From Podarcis vaucheri (taxonomy: Eukaryota), in NCBI GenBank assembly GCA_965113315.1, contig OZ220368.1: 64,000 bases of DNA; one strand, 5' to 3'. The notes beneath the pieces were generated by a model. That model had not been told where the DNA came from. It searched no databases and saw only the letters and a list, made by a program, of their open reading frames with translations. The position numbers and the translations under genes are program-made. The stretch's first letter is position 1. Each line of letters starts with the position of its first letter. Of this stretch, positions 12,801 through 24,777 are shown piece after piece.

Positions 12801-12915
12801 TCCTCCAGATCTGGAGGAAACAATAAGAGATGAAAAAATAGCAAAGCTTAAACTCATGCTGAGGGAACGAGAGGCAGCACTAGAGGAAATTCGTAAAAGA
12901 ATGCAGCAGACGTGA
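3355..12915 (+). CDS. LRIF1: Ligand-dependent nuclear receptor-interacting factor 1, whole gene: join(3355..3443,7551..9048,10562..10801,12451..12915), 763 aa
   Basis: C-VTGHIYKVVHTTGLDGKNLLELLP, LPVTVKSPVVPSGHHLQIPAHAEVKSVPASFLPP, MKWVVEEN and C-terminal coiled coil EETIRDEKIAKLKLMLREREAALEEIRKRM match LRIF1. All introns GT-AG, phases 2/0/0 consistent, 2292 nt total. Confidence 0.93.
4180..6434 (+). mobile_element. Degraded, internally deleted L2-clade LINE in LRIF1 intron 1
   Basis: APE endonuclease motifs LACITKTW, GDFSIH, SWSDH; TMCHLNSCPSW; C-terminal YKVLNNL; (TAAA)n tail ending ~6434. Confidence 0.75.
5443..5898. mobile_element. Non-autonomous hAT-like DNA transposon nested in the L2
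   Basis: Imperfect TIRs TAGTGTTAGAAACT / AATTTCAAACCCTA; 8-bp direct repeat CTTCCTTT at 5435-5442 and 5899-5906. Confidence 0.55.
7551..9048 (+). CDS. LRIF1: LRIF1 coding exon 2 (1498 nt)
   Basis: Within ORF 7516..9069; acceptor ttttccccttcaag|, donor AAG|gtaact. Confidence 0.93.
9986..10120. mobile_element. Short hAT-type MITE (similar copy at ~16056-16180)
   Basis: cagtaggctggggaacctgtggcc...ttgcctgtccactg with imperfect palindromic organisation; a related copy exists in the window. Confidence 0.5.
10562..10801 (+). CDS. LRIF1: LRIF1 coding exon 3 (starts with ATG; contains ELRKKFGL...ERVYLRRIP)
   Basis: Acceptor ttattatttcag|ATG; weak donor GAG|gtatcc; phase 0-0. Confidence 0.85.
11240..11975 (+). 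mobile_element. L2 LINE 3' fragment in LRIF1 intron 3
   Basis: QLVQNAAARLL and FKALNNLGPGYLRDHL motifs; AATAAATAAAA tail ~11963. Confidence 0.65.
12451..12915 (+). CDS. LRIF1: LRIF1 last coding exon (basic NLS-like KRKAK...KKQK and coiled coil)
   Basis: Acceptor ccccccttacag|, in frame with ORF 12475..12915, stop TGA. Confidence 0.92.
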   Translation: MTEEQEEELNIKRKAKMLPIQENTKKQKTEIQSIPKPNLKCGNSDSVVDNLSSSCTQLVSEQGNPTSILQFSQRVDPHSNLCVQSNEENKISTSALHYSEHETPLSKGTFREDFSFNPPDLEETIRDEKIAKLKLMLREREAALEEIRKRMQQT

Positions 12916-14176
12916 CAAGCCTAGTCCTTACTTAGCCCCAAATTTTGCTGCAACCCCTTTGCAACTTAATTTCTTGTTTCTTGCATATAAAGCAAAGAAA
13001 AAAATCTAGTTTTTTATGTTTACATATTGAGTGCAAGTATAAACATTTTCAAGCCTAGGAACTTATGTAGCAGAGTATTGTTTGCAGAATGTGATACTTG
13101 TTAGTTCCAGTATATTCTCTCATTATTTCAGTAAATGCAGTTTATATTCTTGTTGTTTGTTGAGGTTGTTTCATAGAATGAAATGTAAATCATTTTTTTT
13201 CAGTTTTGCGTTAAAAGGAACAGCTTAGTTTGTTTCAGAAAAATGAAATTTCTAGAAAAATTGCTAGTATTAACTTATTTGAATTGGGTACTTGGAATCA
13301 CATGTCAATGAATGGGGTAAGAGTATTGAATTCGTCAAGTTTCTTTAGTGATAAAAGTTTGATTGAATTTCCTTAAGCCAGCTTGAAAAAATCAACTCTT
13401 TAACTTCACCCAGTTCAGTTTTTAATTAGAGCAGGTGAGATCTGCAACAAAGTGGTGTTCTGTAATGTTCATATTCAGGATGCCCGACAGCCAGCCGTGC
13501 TCTTTTCTGAGGTACCTCTCTCCCTTATCTGTAAAGCTCTTGCCCTCATTGAAGTGTATGTATCTTCTGGTTTAGTTTGAATAGAATACTTACTGGTCTA
13601 ATTTGATATGTTTATATCATGTTGGAACATATTTGACGGTAAAAATGTATTCATCAAGGCACTGCATGTGTAGGTTCCTGTCACAAAATGTTCCAGTAGT
13701 GTTCTTGTTTGTTTGTTTGTTTTGGCACTCTAAAAATTTGGTTGCATTTAAACCATTGGCCACAATGCCATATAGAATATGTTCCCTTAGCTAATTATTC
13801 TTGGTAATCTATTAATAACCAGCTACCTTGAATTGTATATGAATACAAGTGGTTTAAATGGTTTTGGTTGTCCTAAAATATATAGAAACGAGTTCATCTC
13901 ATAACAATCTTTTGTTTTATTCAGTTGCCTACTGTTGAGTTCTCTCTTACTAGTAAGAGAAGACAGCCCCATCACCTGGGTTCCATTGACACTGGTGGTA
14001 CCATAACCTTACTGTTTATGAAAACAAAATTTTAACTTGTCTTTCTTGTTGATACCAGTATGATCTCAGAATATATGTGGGATATAGAAAATGTTTGTTC
14101 TTCGAAAAGACAAAGGGTTCTGATTTTTAAAATCCACTCAAGTTTAGAACAGGCATATCCCAACTTGTCCTTCTTT

Positions 14177-14420
14177 CATAGAATTGTACAGTTGGAAGGG
14201 TCATCTAGTCCAAACCCCTACAATGCAGGAATCTCAACTAAAGCATCCATGACAGATGGCCATCCAACCTCTGCTTAAAAACCTCCAAGGAGAAAGAATC
14301 TACCACCTTCCAAGGGAATCTGTTCCACTGTGGGAAAGTTCTTCTTGATGTTGGTATCTTCTTTCTTGTAACTTGAACCCATTGGTTCATGTTCTAGAGC
14401 AGGAAAAAGCAAGCTGGCTC
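14177..14420 (-). mobile_element. CR1 LINE 3' fragment
   Basis: catagaat...gaagggtcatctagtccaaaccc...catccaacctctgcttaaaaacctcca...accaccttccaaggg is the reverse complement of a CR1 3' end. Confidence 0.7.
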
Positions 14421-14795
14421 TCTTACATAGTTTCTAAACACCATCCGAATTTTGTTAAGCTGCAGGGGAAGTGATACCATCAGTTTTGGAAGGAAATTTC
14501 CACATGTTGCTTAGCAAAGAGAAGGTTGCTGTTTGATTCAGAAATTCTACAAGGTCTAGTATGCAAATACAATTATGGGAGGAGCTGTGCAATGACTACC
14601 TTTCTGTGTCTCCCCCCTAACGTGGCAACTATGTTGTGGCTGGCACCCACAGAACTCTCAAAATTCCAGGTGTGCCCACTGGCCCAGAAAGGTGGTTGAC
14701 CCCTAATTTAACCTATACATGGAAATTTTTCAATCCCATTTCCTTTCGTGAGTATGCAGAATCATGGACTTCAGTCAGCAAACTTTAATCTGTAT

Positions 14796-14801
14796 TTTAT
14801 T
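14796..14801 (-). terminator. Candidate DRAM2 polyadenylation signal AATAAA
   Basis: First canonical hexamer seen on the minus strand, ~570 nt downstream of the stop. Unverified. Confidence 0.4.
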
Positions 14802-15371
14802 ATTCAGTTTATAAAAATCTAGAAGAAATGTTGCAGGCTGCTACTGGCAGTATTACTTCATATTCGGAATTGCTTTGCTTTATGGGTTAATTAAAAATAT
14901 TTTCACATAAGTGACAGATTTCATTAACAATCCTTCATCAATATTTGCATATAAAATGACACATTTTTACTGCTTGCACCGAATGTGCTAAATCTTAAAA
15001 CACATTTATAGAGTTGTAGATGTGGTTGATGACAATGAGACAAGTAGGCATCTGTCTTGTTAGCTGCATATTAAGACTGATGGCATAACTCAGTGAAATC
15101 CAACCGTGTCTGTGCTCAAGAGCAATGGCACTTCACTTTACTTCGGTGGCCCTCCAGGACAGATTTGGGGAGAGGATAGGAAAGTCCCATTGTGTGAGCA
15201 GAAGTGCACTAAGGCAACATTGGATTTTTAGACACAAAACCAACATAGGTTCATCAGATATTAAAAGCTAGTGTTTGATCCAAAGTTTCCCTTCTGACAG
15301 AAAAAGCCATTCTCTGATGGACGGATTCCACCTTTAGATCCAATTCATACTCATTCTCCATTGTTATCTTC

Positions 15372-15479
15372 TCATATATTCTCTGTGGTTGGCATTCCTT
15401 GGTCATCTGCTAGTAGCTGCTGATGTGTATAATAAAGATTGTGCCCATGCAGCAGTGCTTCTGTACGCAAGGAGATTTT
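15372..15479 (-). CDS. DRAM2: DRAM2 last coding exon
   Basis: [35 protein letters not shown]; acceptor ttcccttcttaag|. Confidence 0.9.
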   Translation of the reverse strand, partial: KISLRTEALLHGHNLYYTHQQLLADDQGMPTTENI

Positions 15480-18400
15480 CTTAAGAAGGGAAGAATGGTG
15501 GAAAATAATGAATTAAGGTCTGTCAATCCATTTTCACAGAGCAACAACTGCAACATCAAACAGTTCTCCACTAGATCTTCCTTCACTGGGTGGTGATGGT
15601 GGAATTGATGGGTCTCACTGGTTTGGATTACTATTGGCTGTTATTTTTTTAATTCCAGAGAGATGTGGGATTTTTTTTCAGCTCAATGGCTGCATTTCCT
15701 CATGGGGAACATTCCAGCAGCTGCATGCCAGTAATAGGTGGGCCAGAGGTAAAAGCAGGTAACAAATGGATATAACTCTTACCTATTTACAGTAGGCTAC
15801 ATTCCAGCTATACAAGCCCCCCATCTCTTAATCCACATAAACCAGAGGAATTATCACAGTTTAATTATTATTATTATTAATTATTATTATTATTGACACA
15901 TTCTAGCAAGGCAAAAGAACTCAAGGAGGGTACTGAGTAGGGCTGTGACAAGGACTGGATAGAGAAGCCTTGAGAGCTGTATCTAACCCGCAGGGCTGAG
16001 GTTCCCCACCTAAGCTACAGGTGTACCTGGAGAGATTTAGTTGAAACACTTAAACCAGGGGTGGGATACCTGTGGTCCTCCAGATGTTGCTGAACTCCCA
16101 TAATATCTGACCTGTGGCCATGTTTGCTGGGGAGGATGGAATTGGGGAGTCCAATGTCATCTGGACTTCCTACCTAGCTTAAATAGACATGAACAGCTAT
16201 GGCAAGGCACTAAAGGTGTCCTAATCCTCAAAAAAGGGTGGTGGTGGGGAATCACACTTTAAGGGGAAGGTAGGGTATAAATTCATCAAAAGAATAACAT
16301 TCTGCAGTGCATAGCAGAAATGAATTTTTTAATGGTTTTCCATCACTAAATCCAGTGATCCATGAGACATTTATAAAGAAAGATTTCGCTCATTTCTTTG
16401 TAATTTGGTATTGGCTCATAAGCAAGGATTATACTAGGAGCTAAGTGCCCATGCAAGTCAGGAGCTGGCCTCATTATGAACATAAACTTGACGTTTATCA
16501 ATGTATCTGAACCAACCTGAAGAAGACATAACAAAACGAAGACCATACATGGGAGCCTTGTTGCCAGAGTCCTTCATGTACCCAGTCTTATCTAGAAGAT
16601 TTACTACCTAGTTGAACTCTTGATCTCGGTTATACTGAATGGCAAATTGCAAGACTGCATATATTCTTGTCAATTCTTTATGACTGCATACATGCCTTGT
16701 GTGGATTTTATTTTGAGTCATAATACCAATTGCATTGGGACATTCAGTGCATATTATACTTTCATTGTATACAGAGTTGTGTTTGTTTTCATAAACAAGG
16801 GAGACAATGCAGACAAAATGTTGTTCATGCTTAAAAACAGATTTCTGAAAAAGGTAATATTGCAAGGCCAGCCTCTGAAAGTAAAATTTGCTTGTATGAA
16901 GTGTTCTTTTTTCTCTTGTAGCTCAGAAAAACAGCCATTTTAATTTCTGTGCTCCATCTAGTGCATATACTGTTTTAATAGTGGCCAGTCATGTACGTCA
17001 AAGAGGAAGTTTACAGATCAAAAACCACAAGTTTTTAGCATGGGGTGATATTTACCTTACATGATTTGCCATGGAAATACACATTTCATATTATCCCATG
17101 AAGTGCCTTCCTTGTGATAACCCCCCAAAACTTCAGGATGGTTAAGAATATCTATTATCGCTTAGAAGCTATTCAACTAAAAACCCGCATTGGTTTACCT
17201 GGAAGTCACGAATATAAGTAAGGAAAAAGCTGAGAAAAGAGAAAGCCAAAGACCACTCAGAGACTGTGCTCATGATGTGAAAAGTGTAACCCTGTAGAAG
17301 ACAAAAACAGATTTCTATGAGAATACATCTTAGTGGTGAAAGATCACTAATAGCAATTAAGTGACTGTCAACAAGAAGTCAAAACAAGAGGGAAGTTTCG
17401 GCATGCTCAGGGGAACCCCACAGATTGCAAAAAAGTATGAATTGTTTTTGAAAAGATGAACACAAGGGGGCAAACCCTATAAAAACAGCTCATGGATGAC
17501 TAGGCATGCTCAGTAGGCATAGCGTTTACAGTAATAGTTGGAAAAGAAAAATGGAACAGATGGAGATGAGTTGAATACTGTATTTAGAGGAAATTAGGAT
17601 GGGGGGGATGAAACCCTGAATGCAAACCACCCTTTTACAACTGGGGATACACTGCAGCATTTTGTTGCAGGTTGCTCTTGTTCCTTCTAAAATAGTGTCA
17701 TGGATAATACGTGTATGGAAAGTGTGTTGAGGGCTGATTTTCCCATAGCCACCTATTTGGACAGTATACAGAATGGCAGTGAATGAGTTCTGATTTGCGC
17801 TCCATACATTTTTGTTTGGTTATTTCCAGGTTCAGAGGCAATAGGCCAGTGAATACCCATGTTAAGGAGGAATGCTACACCATCTTCTAGTGCTATGTGA
17901 ATGAGCCTAGGTTCCTCATTCATATAGCACTAGACACTAGCTTTTTCTTTGTCATTTCATCCAAAAAGCTAAGTAATACTGTTAATACTAATTACAGTTA
18001 ATTTCAAAATAAGCCTCCTTCAAATAAAGATATATTGTGTTAAAGCTAACCATAGTGTGTTGAACCACAATTCACAGTTCAGACAAAAACAGGCCAGAGT
18101 TAAGGAAAGCAAAAGCCTCACTTCCATGTGAAAGGAAGGAAGGGAAACGTGCAAGCCTAGGAGGAGGCTACACTTATTCATGTTGCATAATAGGAGGAAA
18201 CACTGTTTTAACAAGGGATTTACATGGAATCATACCAAACAGAACAGGGTTTAAGCCACCACTAAGCAGTTGGGGGAAATGGCCTCATAGCCCAACTTTG
18301 ACCCCCCTGGTGGGTAAAGTCTGGCTCGTGAGCTGGAGATCTTCATCTCTGCGCTTAAACCATGGTTTAGCACTATAACTGAAGATGGTCAATGTCATTT

Positions 18401-21400
18401 GCTGAAGAATAACTGTGGGCTATTACCTTTATGCCCTGTTTGTGGGCATCCCACAGACATCTGGCCGATCCAACTGAGCTCTTACACATTTCTCTAGACT
18501 GAACTGGCATGAAATGGGCCGCAATATTTATAGAAAATGTGAGAAACACTTGTCTCATACTATTTTTAGGGTTATGTTTGTTAATTTATGTGCTACTTTA
18601 TCTGGGGGGGGGGAGGAGGACTATTCAAAGAAGCTAGCAGAAGCTCAGGCAGGGCAACTGTCATGCAATCTGGTTTGTAACTTTCCAGGTACCTTCTGGT
18701 TCAAATAGTCAAGCCAATAGTGGGTTTTGAGCTCCCTACATCACTGCCTTACTTTTGTATGCCCTGGTAATTTTTTACTGTGACTACTTAGCTGTTTGTT
18801 TTTTAGGGTGGGTGGGTGGGTGCATAGCTCTCCCCCCCCCTATATATATGCTCCAATGCAGAGGACCAATTTCCATTATGTCTTCAATTTTTCTCATAAG
18901 AATATGAAACTTACGTTCTCCTGGGGGTCCCAATGCAGCTTCTGTACTAAACCTGTTCCACACAGGCCACTGTACAAAATGACTGAAGAAATAAACACTT
19001 TTAGCAGGTTAAGGAACACCATGAGGCATATGGAGCACCCTCACTTTACATTCATCCTTGCTTGCCCTTATTTGCTTTTTCTCTGATCTAGGAGCTCTCT
19101 GGTTTATTGGCTGACTCATATCAAGAAATAGAAGAGATATTATTTTTCCTGGTATGGCTCTTCAGTTTTGCTGGTCCTTGTCCATGTCCTTTAAAAATGT
19201 GATAACCATAAACTGACCAAATGCCTCAGCTGAGATTTAGGGAGCAGTCCAAATCCATGATCTGCCAGGATGAGTGGAGTTTGGAACAGGTGTATCTCTG
19301 GGCTGAGCCTCAGCTCAGCCGGCTGAAGACCCTCATCTTGGCTCAACTGGAGAATACTCTTCCAGCCAGCACTGGAATGAGTCCTGAAAAAGTTGTGTTC
19401 TGTGGAGAGGCAGAAGACTTGCCTCTTCCAAATTCAGCTCAGTCACATGACTTAGCTGCCCAATGGTAATTTTACTTGCAAAAAGGGTGGTGGAAGACAA
19501 ACACTATTTAAAGACTTGTTTTCCCTCTTCAGGCTTGGGCTCACTCAGTCCTACTCCTGAATGGAGTTTGGAATAGGAGTGAATTAACAGCAGCATAATT
19601 TACCCCAGTGCAATTAACACTGGCTTCCAACAGGTTTGATTGCTCTCCCTATCAATGCCAAACAGAATATTTTTCTTACCTCTTGTGAAATGTATACCAA
19701 TATAGTTGAGATTTAGAGACTCACAAATGGATTTCCTTTCAAGTACCCCTAACATCTGCTTTGCACTTTCAGCATTTGAGAAACCATTCAACTTTATCTT
19801 AGTCATTTATTTAAAAAATAGATTTGCAGCCTAGTCCCTATGCAGAGAAATATGAATACATTCAGTATGTTTTTGAATAGCAGCTGCAGATTGTGACTGT
19901 GATGTGCAGGAAGGGAGGTTAACCATTTCTTTCTGTGCTGCAATCCCTATGAAAATCCCTATGCTTTATTTTTCCTGGGAGGGAGGCTGTAATTGGCACC
20001 AGTAGCATCATCGTAATGCCGTTATACAAATATATGATGCAGCTGCATTTAAAATCCTACGTATACTTAAATAAGCATCACAGAACTGGGAAAGATGCAG
20101 AAAAAGAATCAAAACTATCTGAAGGCTTGAGAACCTTCCACAGAAGGAAAGGCTAGAACGTTTAAAACCTTTGGGTTAGGAAAAAGAGTCAGCCGGAAGT
20201 CAGCCGGAATACTGGACTAGATATACCTTTGGTCTGATCAAATAGGGCTCTTCTTATGTTCTTATACTAACACCCACTGAAGTCACAGAGACTTTCAAAT
20301 AGAACATGGATGAGTTGAACTGCAGTGTTCACATTCTACTATTTGAATATAAATTATACATGTTCACTGTTTTAATGACATTTCACCACAAAGGATACTA
20401 TTCACTATGCTGGATGTACACCACAGCAGAACTGTCAGTCTGATCCAAAAAATGCCCTTCCCATGAATCCCTGGTTGCATATTGTAGGAAAGAACTGTTT
20501 GAACCAGAATGTAAATGGCTCCTATTCCAAACGTGAGACAGGCTCCGGTTACATGCATAGCAAATAAAGTGCTTTTCTGGAGGAAAAAACCCACAGGTTT
20601 CAAAGCTGGTTTGACAAAGTAATATTTGAAAGCTGAACAATTCAGTCAATAAACTGAGACTTTAGAGGGGTGGCTCCCAAGGAGAGTTCACATTTTCAAA
20701 AAAATGTGGTTTGATAGCAAAATCATATATCTATTTCTTACATCTGTCTCCCAGACGTAATTCATGTTTTGTATTTTTTACACTTAAAACATTTTTACCC
20801 TACTCTTTAGTGGAAAATAATAGTTTACATGCTAGCTTTTCTCTAGGAAGCTCAAAGTAGCACACATGTGGTTTCCAGATAGTCTCTCACCCAACTACTG
20901 ACCACAGATATATCTAGTTTGAAGGTTGCTGCATTATGTGTGTCTAGAACTCTGATAGCACTTTAACCTCAACAACTCTTAGAAGGTTAGGCTGAGAGAC
21001 TGCAACCAGCCCAAGGCCATCCAATAAGCTTTGTGCCTGAGCATTTCATTTCATTTCATTTCATTTCTTAGACTTATTAGTCACTTGTCACCTGAATATC
21101 TCCCAAGAGGCTTACAGCAAAAAAGGCAAGTTGCTTAACAAATCATGTGTAAATATTGAAATTCACACCAATAAAACTAAACAGCACTAATTGCTACTAC
21201 GTAAATGTACAGCAAGGTCATGGCAATCGTACAATTGTGGCCTGACAACCAAAGCCCAATTGTAAACACAAACCTATTATCAGATGAAAAATTGTGTTTC
21301 ATGTGCATTCACTACCCAAATTTATGCTGGAAGACAATCAATAGGTAACTTCTCTGGAGAAAAAAAAAAAAGCCTATCATATCCTATATTCCAAAACAAT

Positions 21401-24400
21401 TAAAGATGAAGTACAAACCTGGAAGTTTGCAATGACGCAAAGCCCAAAGCAACTAACTGTTCCTAACACAAAGCCAGCTTTATTTAACTTGAAGATCTTG
21501 GGGTTGTCAGGATTCAAAGCATCAACTTGTTTGTATCGGACATACATGGTTGCCATGCCTGTGAATCCAAATACAGCTCAGTAAGACTATGGTATAAAAG
21601 ACTGCCATTGGAAGAAGCCAAGTATAATTGGTGGCCACCTAAAACTAGCTGTCAGGTACTCAAAATACAATAGGAGGGAAGAAAGTCTGTGAATGCAGCC
21701 CTGAGGGCAGATGAATTTTACTTATATGACGTATACTTTTAGAGTAGCCATGTTAGTATGTTGCAGCAAGAAGAACAAAGATTATCATGGCATTTTTAAA
21801 AGACTTAAAAAATTGATTAGGGTAGAAGCTTTCATGGATTTGTTCACTTTGTTAGATGCATGAAGTATTCTCCTGAGTTATAGGGATATATTCACATGGT
21901 TTTGCAGGAGCAAAATTGTAAACAGTATGATCAGAAGGAAATGAAATACAGGAAGCACAAAACAGTGTTAATCATATATTAAGAGAGAGAATTCCCAAAC
22001 AGTTGTTTATAACAAACATCCTGGCATTGGTATGGCTATTAACTATGTAGTATCTCAAAACCCTTTGTCTTACACCTTAACACATTTGTAAGTTTTTCAG
22101 CTGTCACAAGATTCTGTGTCATATACAATTACTTGCCTACTATGACACAGGCAGATTTAGCAGGATTATTTATGGAGTAATGAATAGTCAATAATCATAT
22201 TGCCACCTGTATTTGCCATGGAAATCTTTAAGAACAGTTGTTGTGGTGTCCTTGTCTCGCTTCCATCAGTGCACCTTTTCCACATGACAAGGGCATCTCA
22301 ATAGCTATGCTACAGAGACAGAATTCCTTCCCTCTGGAGTCTCACAAAGCCTAAGTCTAAGCATCTTTCAGAAGCCTAGGATTCTTCCCCCCCCCATACT
22401 TACCCAAAAGAGCGGCAATGTTTAACATTATCCCAAACAAACATCTTTCAGGGGGTGTTGTTCCTGTGTCACTGAAAGAAAAGCAATGTAAGATACAGTG
22501 ACTCTAAAACTCACCAAATGGGAGACATTTAAATTTTTAAATACCAATTTGTAAGTATCAAGAATAAGCAGAAGATGGAGAAAAAATACAACTATCAAAA
22601 GGGAAGCAACCAAAAACAAATCCATGCCCATGTAGTACTTGAGGCATGATTCATTTGGTTTTTGTATTATTTCAAAATGCATAGAGCAAGTTTATAATGC
22701 TGGAAAATCTAGCACAATTATATTTATTAAAGGAACAAGTTTTTTAAAGACTTATACAAGGTTGTTTGCCAAATATAGAGCCTTTTAATTTATTTATTTA
22801 ATACAGCCAGCTATGCATGGCTAAAGTTTACCAACGTCTGACAAATTTTCTGACTCCAAGTCATTTAAGAATTTCAATACACGAATAATGGCAAAGTTCT
22901 AAAAGGCAAAGTGCAGTCTTATCAGGCTGCCTATATGCTATGTATTCACCCAGAAACAGAGACCCGTACCTCCACCCAGTTACAAATTATCTGCTGAAAA
23001 TATTTGCTAGTAATCCTTTCTCTTGCTTACAGCATGCTGGATCTCTGATTTTTAACACTGCCCAGTGAATTACACAAGGCAGGAGCAGGAAACCTCAGGC
23101 TGGCAGGCCAAATGTGGCCCTAGGCCACAACACTTCACCGGCCTTGCTTCACACCCCAACAATTTTTGCCAGGCTTGGATGTGGCCATGTATTCTGATAA
23201 CGCCTCTTGCTTTTCTGCATGGAGATACAGAGGGGTGTGTGAGTATGTGCAGAAACTAGCCTCTAGTTTTGCCTAACACTAGCATGTGGCCCCAGAACTG
23301 AAAAAGGTTCCCTGACATCAGGCATGACAAGGCCTAGAAATGGATAGCTCAGTTGGTGAGAGCATGGTGCTGAGAACACCAAAGTTGCAGGTTCGATTCC
23401 TGTATGGGAAAGCTGCATATTCCTGCATTGCAGGAGGTTGGACTAAATGATCCTCTGGATCCCATTCAACTCTGCAATTCTATGATTCTAAGGTTTATCT
23501 GCCACCCCAGATATAAGGCATTATGAATAATGAATCAAGGACCCTGAAAACATATGAAAGGGAAGAGTGTTCATATCAGCAATATGATTTTTCTTCAACT
23601 GAACACATTAGATTATTTTTTCTATAGTACTAATTTATTTATATTTATTTACATTATAGTGATATCCCACATTTCCTCCATGGAACTAATGGTGGAGTGC
23701 ATGGTGCTCCCACTTCCTCATTGTATCCTCACAACCACACTGTGAGGTAGTGTAGGTTGAGAGACAGTGACTCTGCAACACTCCCCCACCCCCACACAAG
23801 TTTTCTTGTTAATACGTATACTTATCCAATGGCGTTTAAAACTATATATTTAATTAAAACTGTAAGAAGCTCTTATGGATGTTTGGTTACAAGCGATATA
23901 TGCATCATAGGAAAAATCTAACTGACCTGCTCTAGGACCTGTAGCTGGCATGTTAATGGAGAAAATGGATAACTCGGATGCAGGTTTCTCCCTGCCTCTT
24001 GGTTTCCCGTGATCACAGCAGCTACACCCACATTGCCTGGGAATAGCCAAACAGGAATCTGTATCTTAGTCAAAATGTGTATGCAGTTTATTACAGCTAC
24101 AGATTCTTGCAGTCTCCTATAGTTAAAACATGGCTGCAGGCAAGTTATAACCTATAACCATTTATTGATTTTGCCATACTCCTCTGTAAGGAATTGGGAA
24201 GTATACGACCTTCACCTTCCAGCAAAGCTGAGGGGAGAGGAACACATTTTTCAGCATTGTTAGATAGAAATGAAAGAACTTTAAATTGGTATGCATATGA
24301 CTTTTTTAAAATTAGGAGTTCCATACCCCCCAAAGGGGGTGTGTGCTTTCCTATGCAGTGATATTTTGTTACACAGTGGTACCTCTGGTTACGAACTTAA

Positions 24401-24777
24401 TTCATTCTGGAGGTCTGTTCTTAAGCTGAAACTGTTCTTCTGAGGGGCGCTTTTGCTAGTGGGGCCTCCTGCCATGCGCATGCTTCTGGTGTGCGATTTC
24501 TGTTCACATCCTGGAGCAAAGTTTGCAACCAGGAGCAGCTACTTCCGGGTTAGTGGAGCTCGTAACCTGAAGAGTTTGTAACCTGAAGCGTTCATAACCA
24601 GAGGTACCGCTGTATGTAACAATGCAATAGTAAAAGTCTTACTGACCTGATGTAGGGCACCAAAGGGTCAACATGATGTAAGACGACTGCAGTAATGTAT
24701 GAAAACACAAAGGAAGCAGATGTCCAAATAACAAGGGCAGAAGGCAAGATGCTCAGACCTTGCTGAAACCACCACAT
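15372..24777 (-). CDS. DRAM2: DNA damage-regulated autophagy modulator 2, whole gene: complement(join(15372..15479,17199..17291,18915..18997,20399..20576,21419..21558,22404..22471,24647..24777)), 266 aa
   Basis: [20 protein letters not shown]...[17 protein letters not shown]...YVRYKQV...[13 protein letters not shown]...[14 protein letters not shown]...EWSL...TYIRDFQKISLR. Exons 131/68/140/178/83/93/108 nt sum to 801 nt, phases consistent. Confidence 0.96.
17199..17291 (-). CDS. DRAM2: DRAM2 coding exon 6
   Basis: [31 protein letters not shown]; ttctacag| and |gtaaac. Confidence 0.95.
18915..18997 (-). CDS. DRAM2: DRAM2 coding exon 5
   Basis: [27 protein letters not shown]; donor |gtaagt. 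Confidence 0.95.
18998..20398 (-). other. DRAM2: U12-type (minor spliceosome) GT-AG intron of DRAM2
   Basis: 5' splice site GTATCCTTT; branch site TTCCTTAAC at 19016-19008, ending 10 nt before the exon; no polypyrimidine tract. Confidence 0.92.
20399..20576 (-). CDS. DRAM2: DRAM2 coding exon 4 (followed by U12 donor)
   Basis: [17 protein letters not shown]...[16 protein letters not shown]; donor |GTATCCTTT. Confidence 0.95.
21419..21558 (-). CDS. DRAM2: DRAM2 coding exon 3
   Basis: [46 protein letters not shown]; cacag| and |gtttgt. Confidence 0.95.
22404..22471 (-). CDS. DRAM2: DRAM2 coding exon 2
   Basis: [22 protein letters not shown]; tttctttcag| and |gtaagt. Confidence 0.95.
23339..23490 (+). 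mobile_element. tRNA-derived SINE with CR1-type tail
   Basis: A box TAGCTCAGTTGG, B box GGTTCGATTCC, tail ATTCTATGATTCTA. Confidence 0.8.
24374..24612. mobile_element. Tc1/mariner (Tigger/pogo-like) MITE
   Basis: TIRs CAGTGGTACCTCTGGTTA / TAACCAGAGGTACCGCTG, TA on the right flank; related copies at 34554, 38929 and 44594. Confidence 0.85.
24647..24777 (-). CDS. DRAM2: DRAM2 coding exon 1 (exon begins at 24804 with 27 nt UTR)
   Basis: ATG at 24777, MWWFQQG; donor AG|gtcagt; acceptor ttcattcttcag upstream. Confidence 0.95.

Noticed and set aside
16950-16964. CTCF-like motif (also ~52301-52318)
   Set aside because: Imperfect match that cannot be separated from chance without ChIP or conservation data.
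23339-23420. tRNA gene
   Set aside because: The A/B boxes run into a CR1-type tail and the cloverleaf is broken; this is a SINE head (same for 31950-32030, 38470 and 51800).
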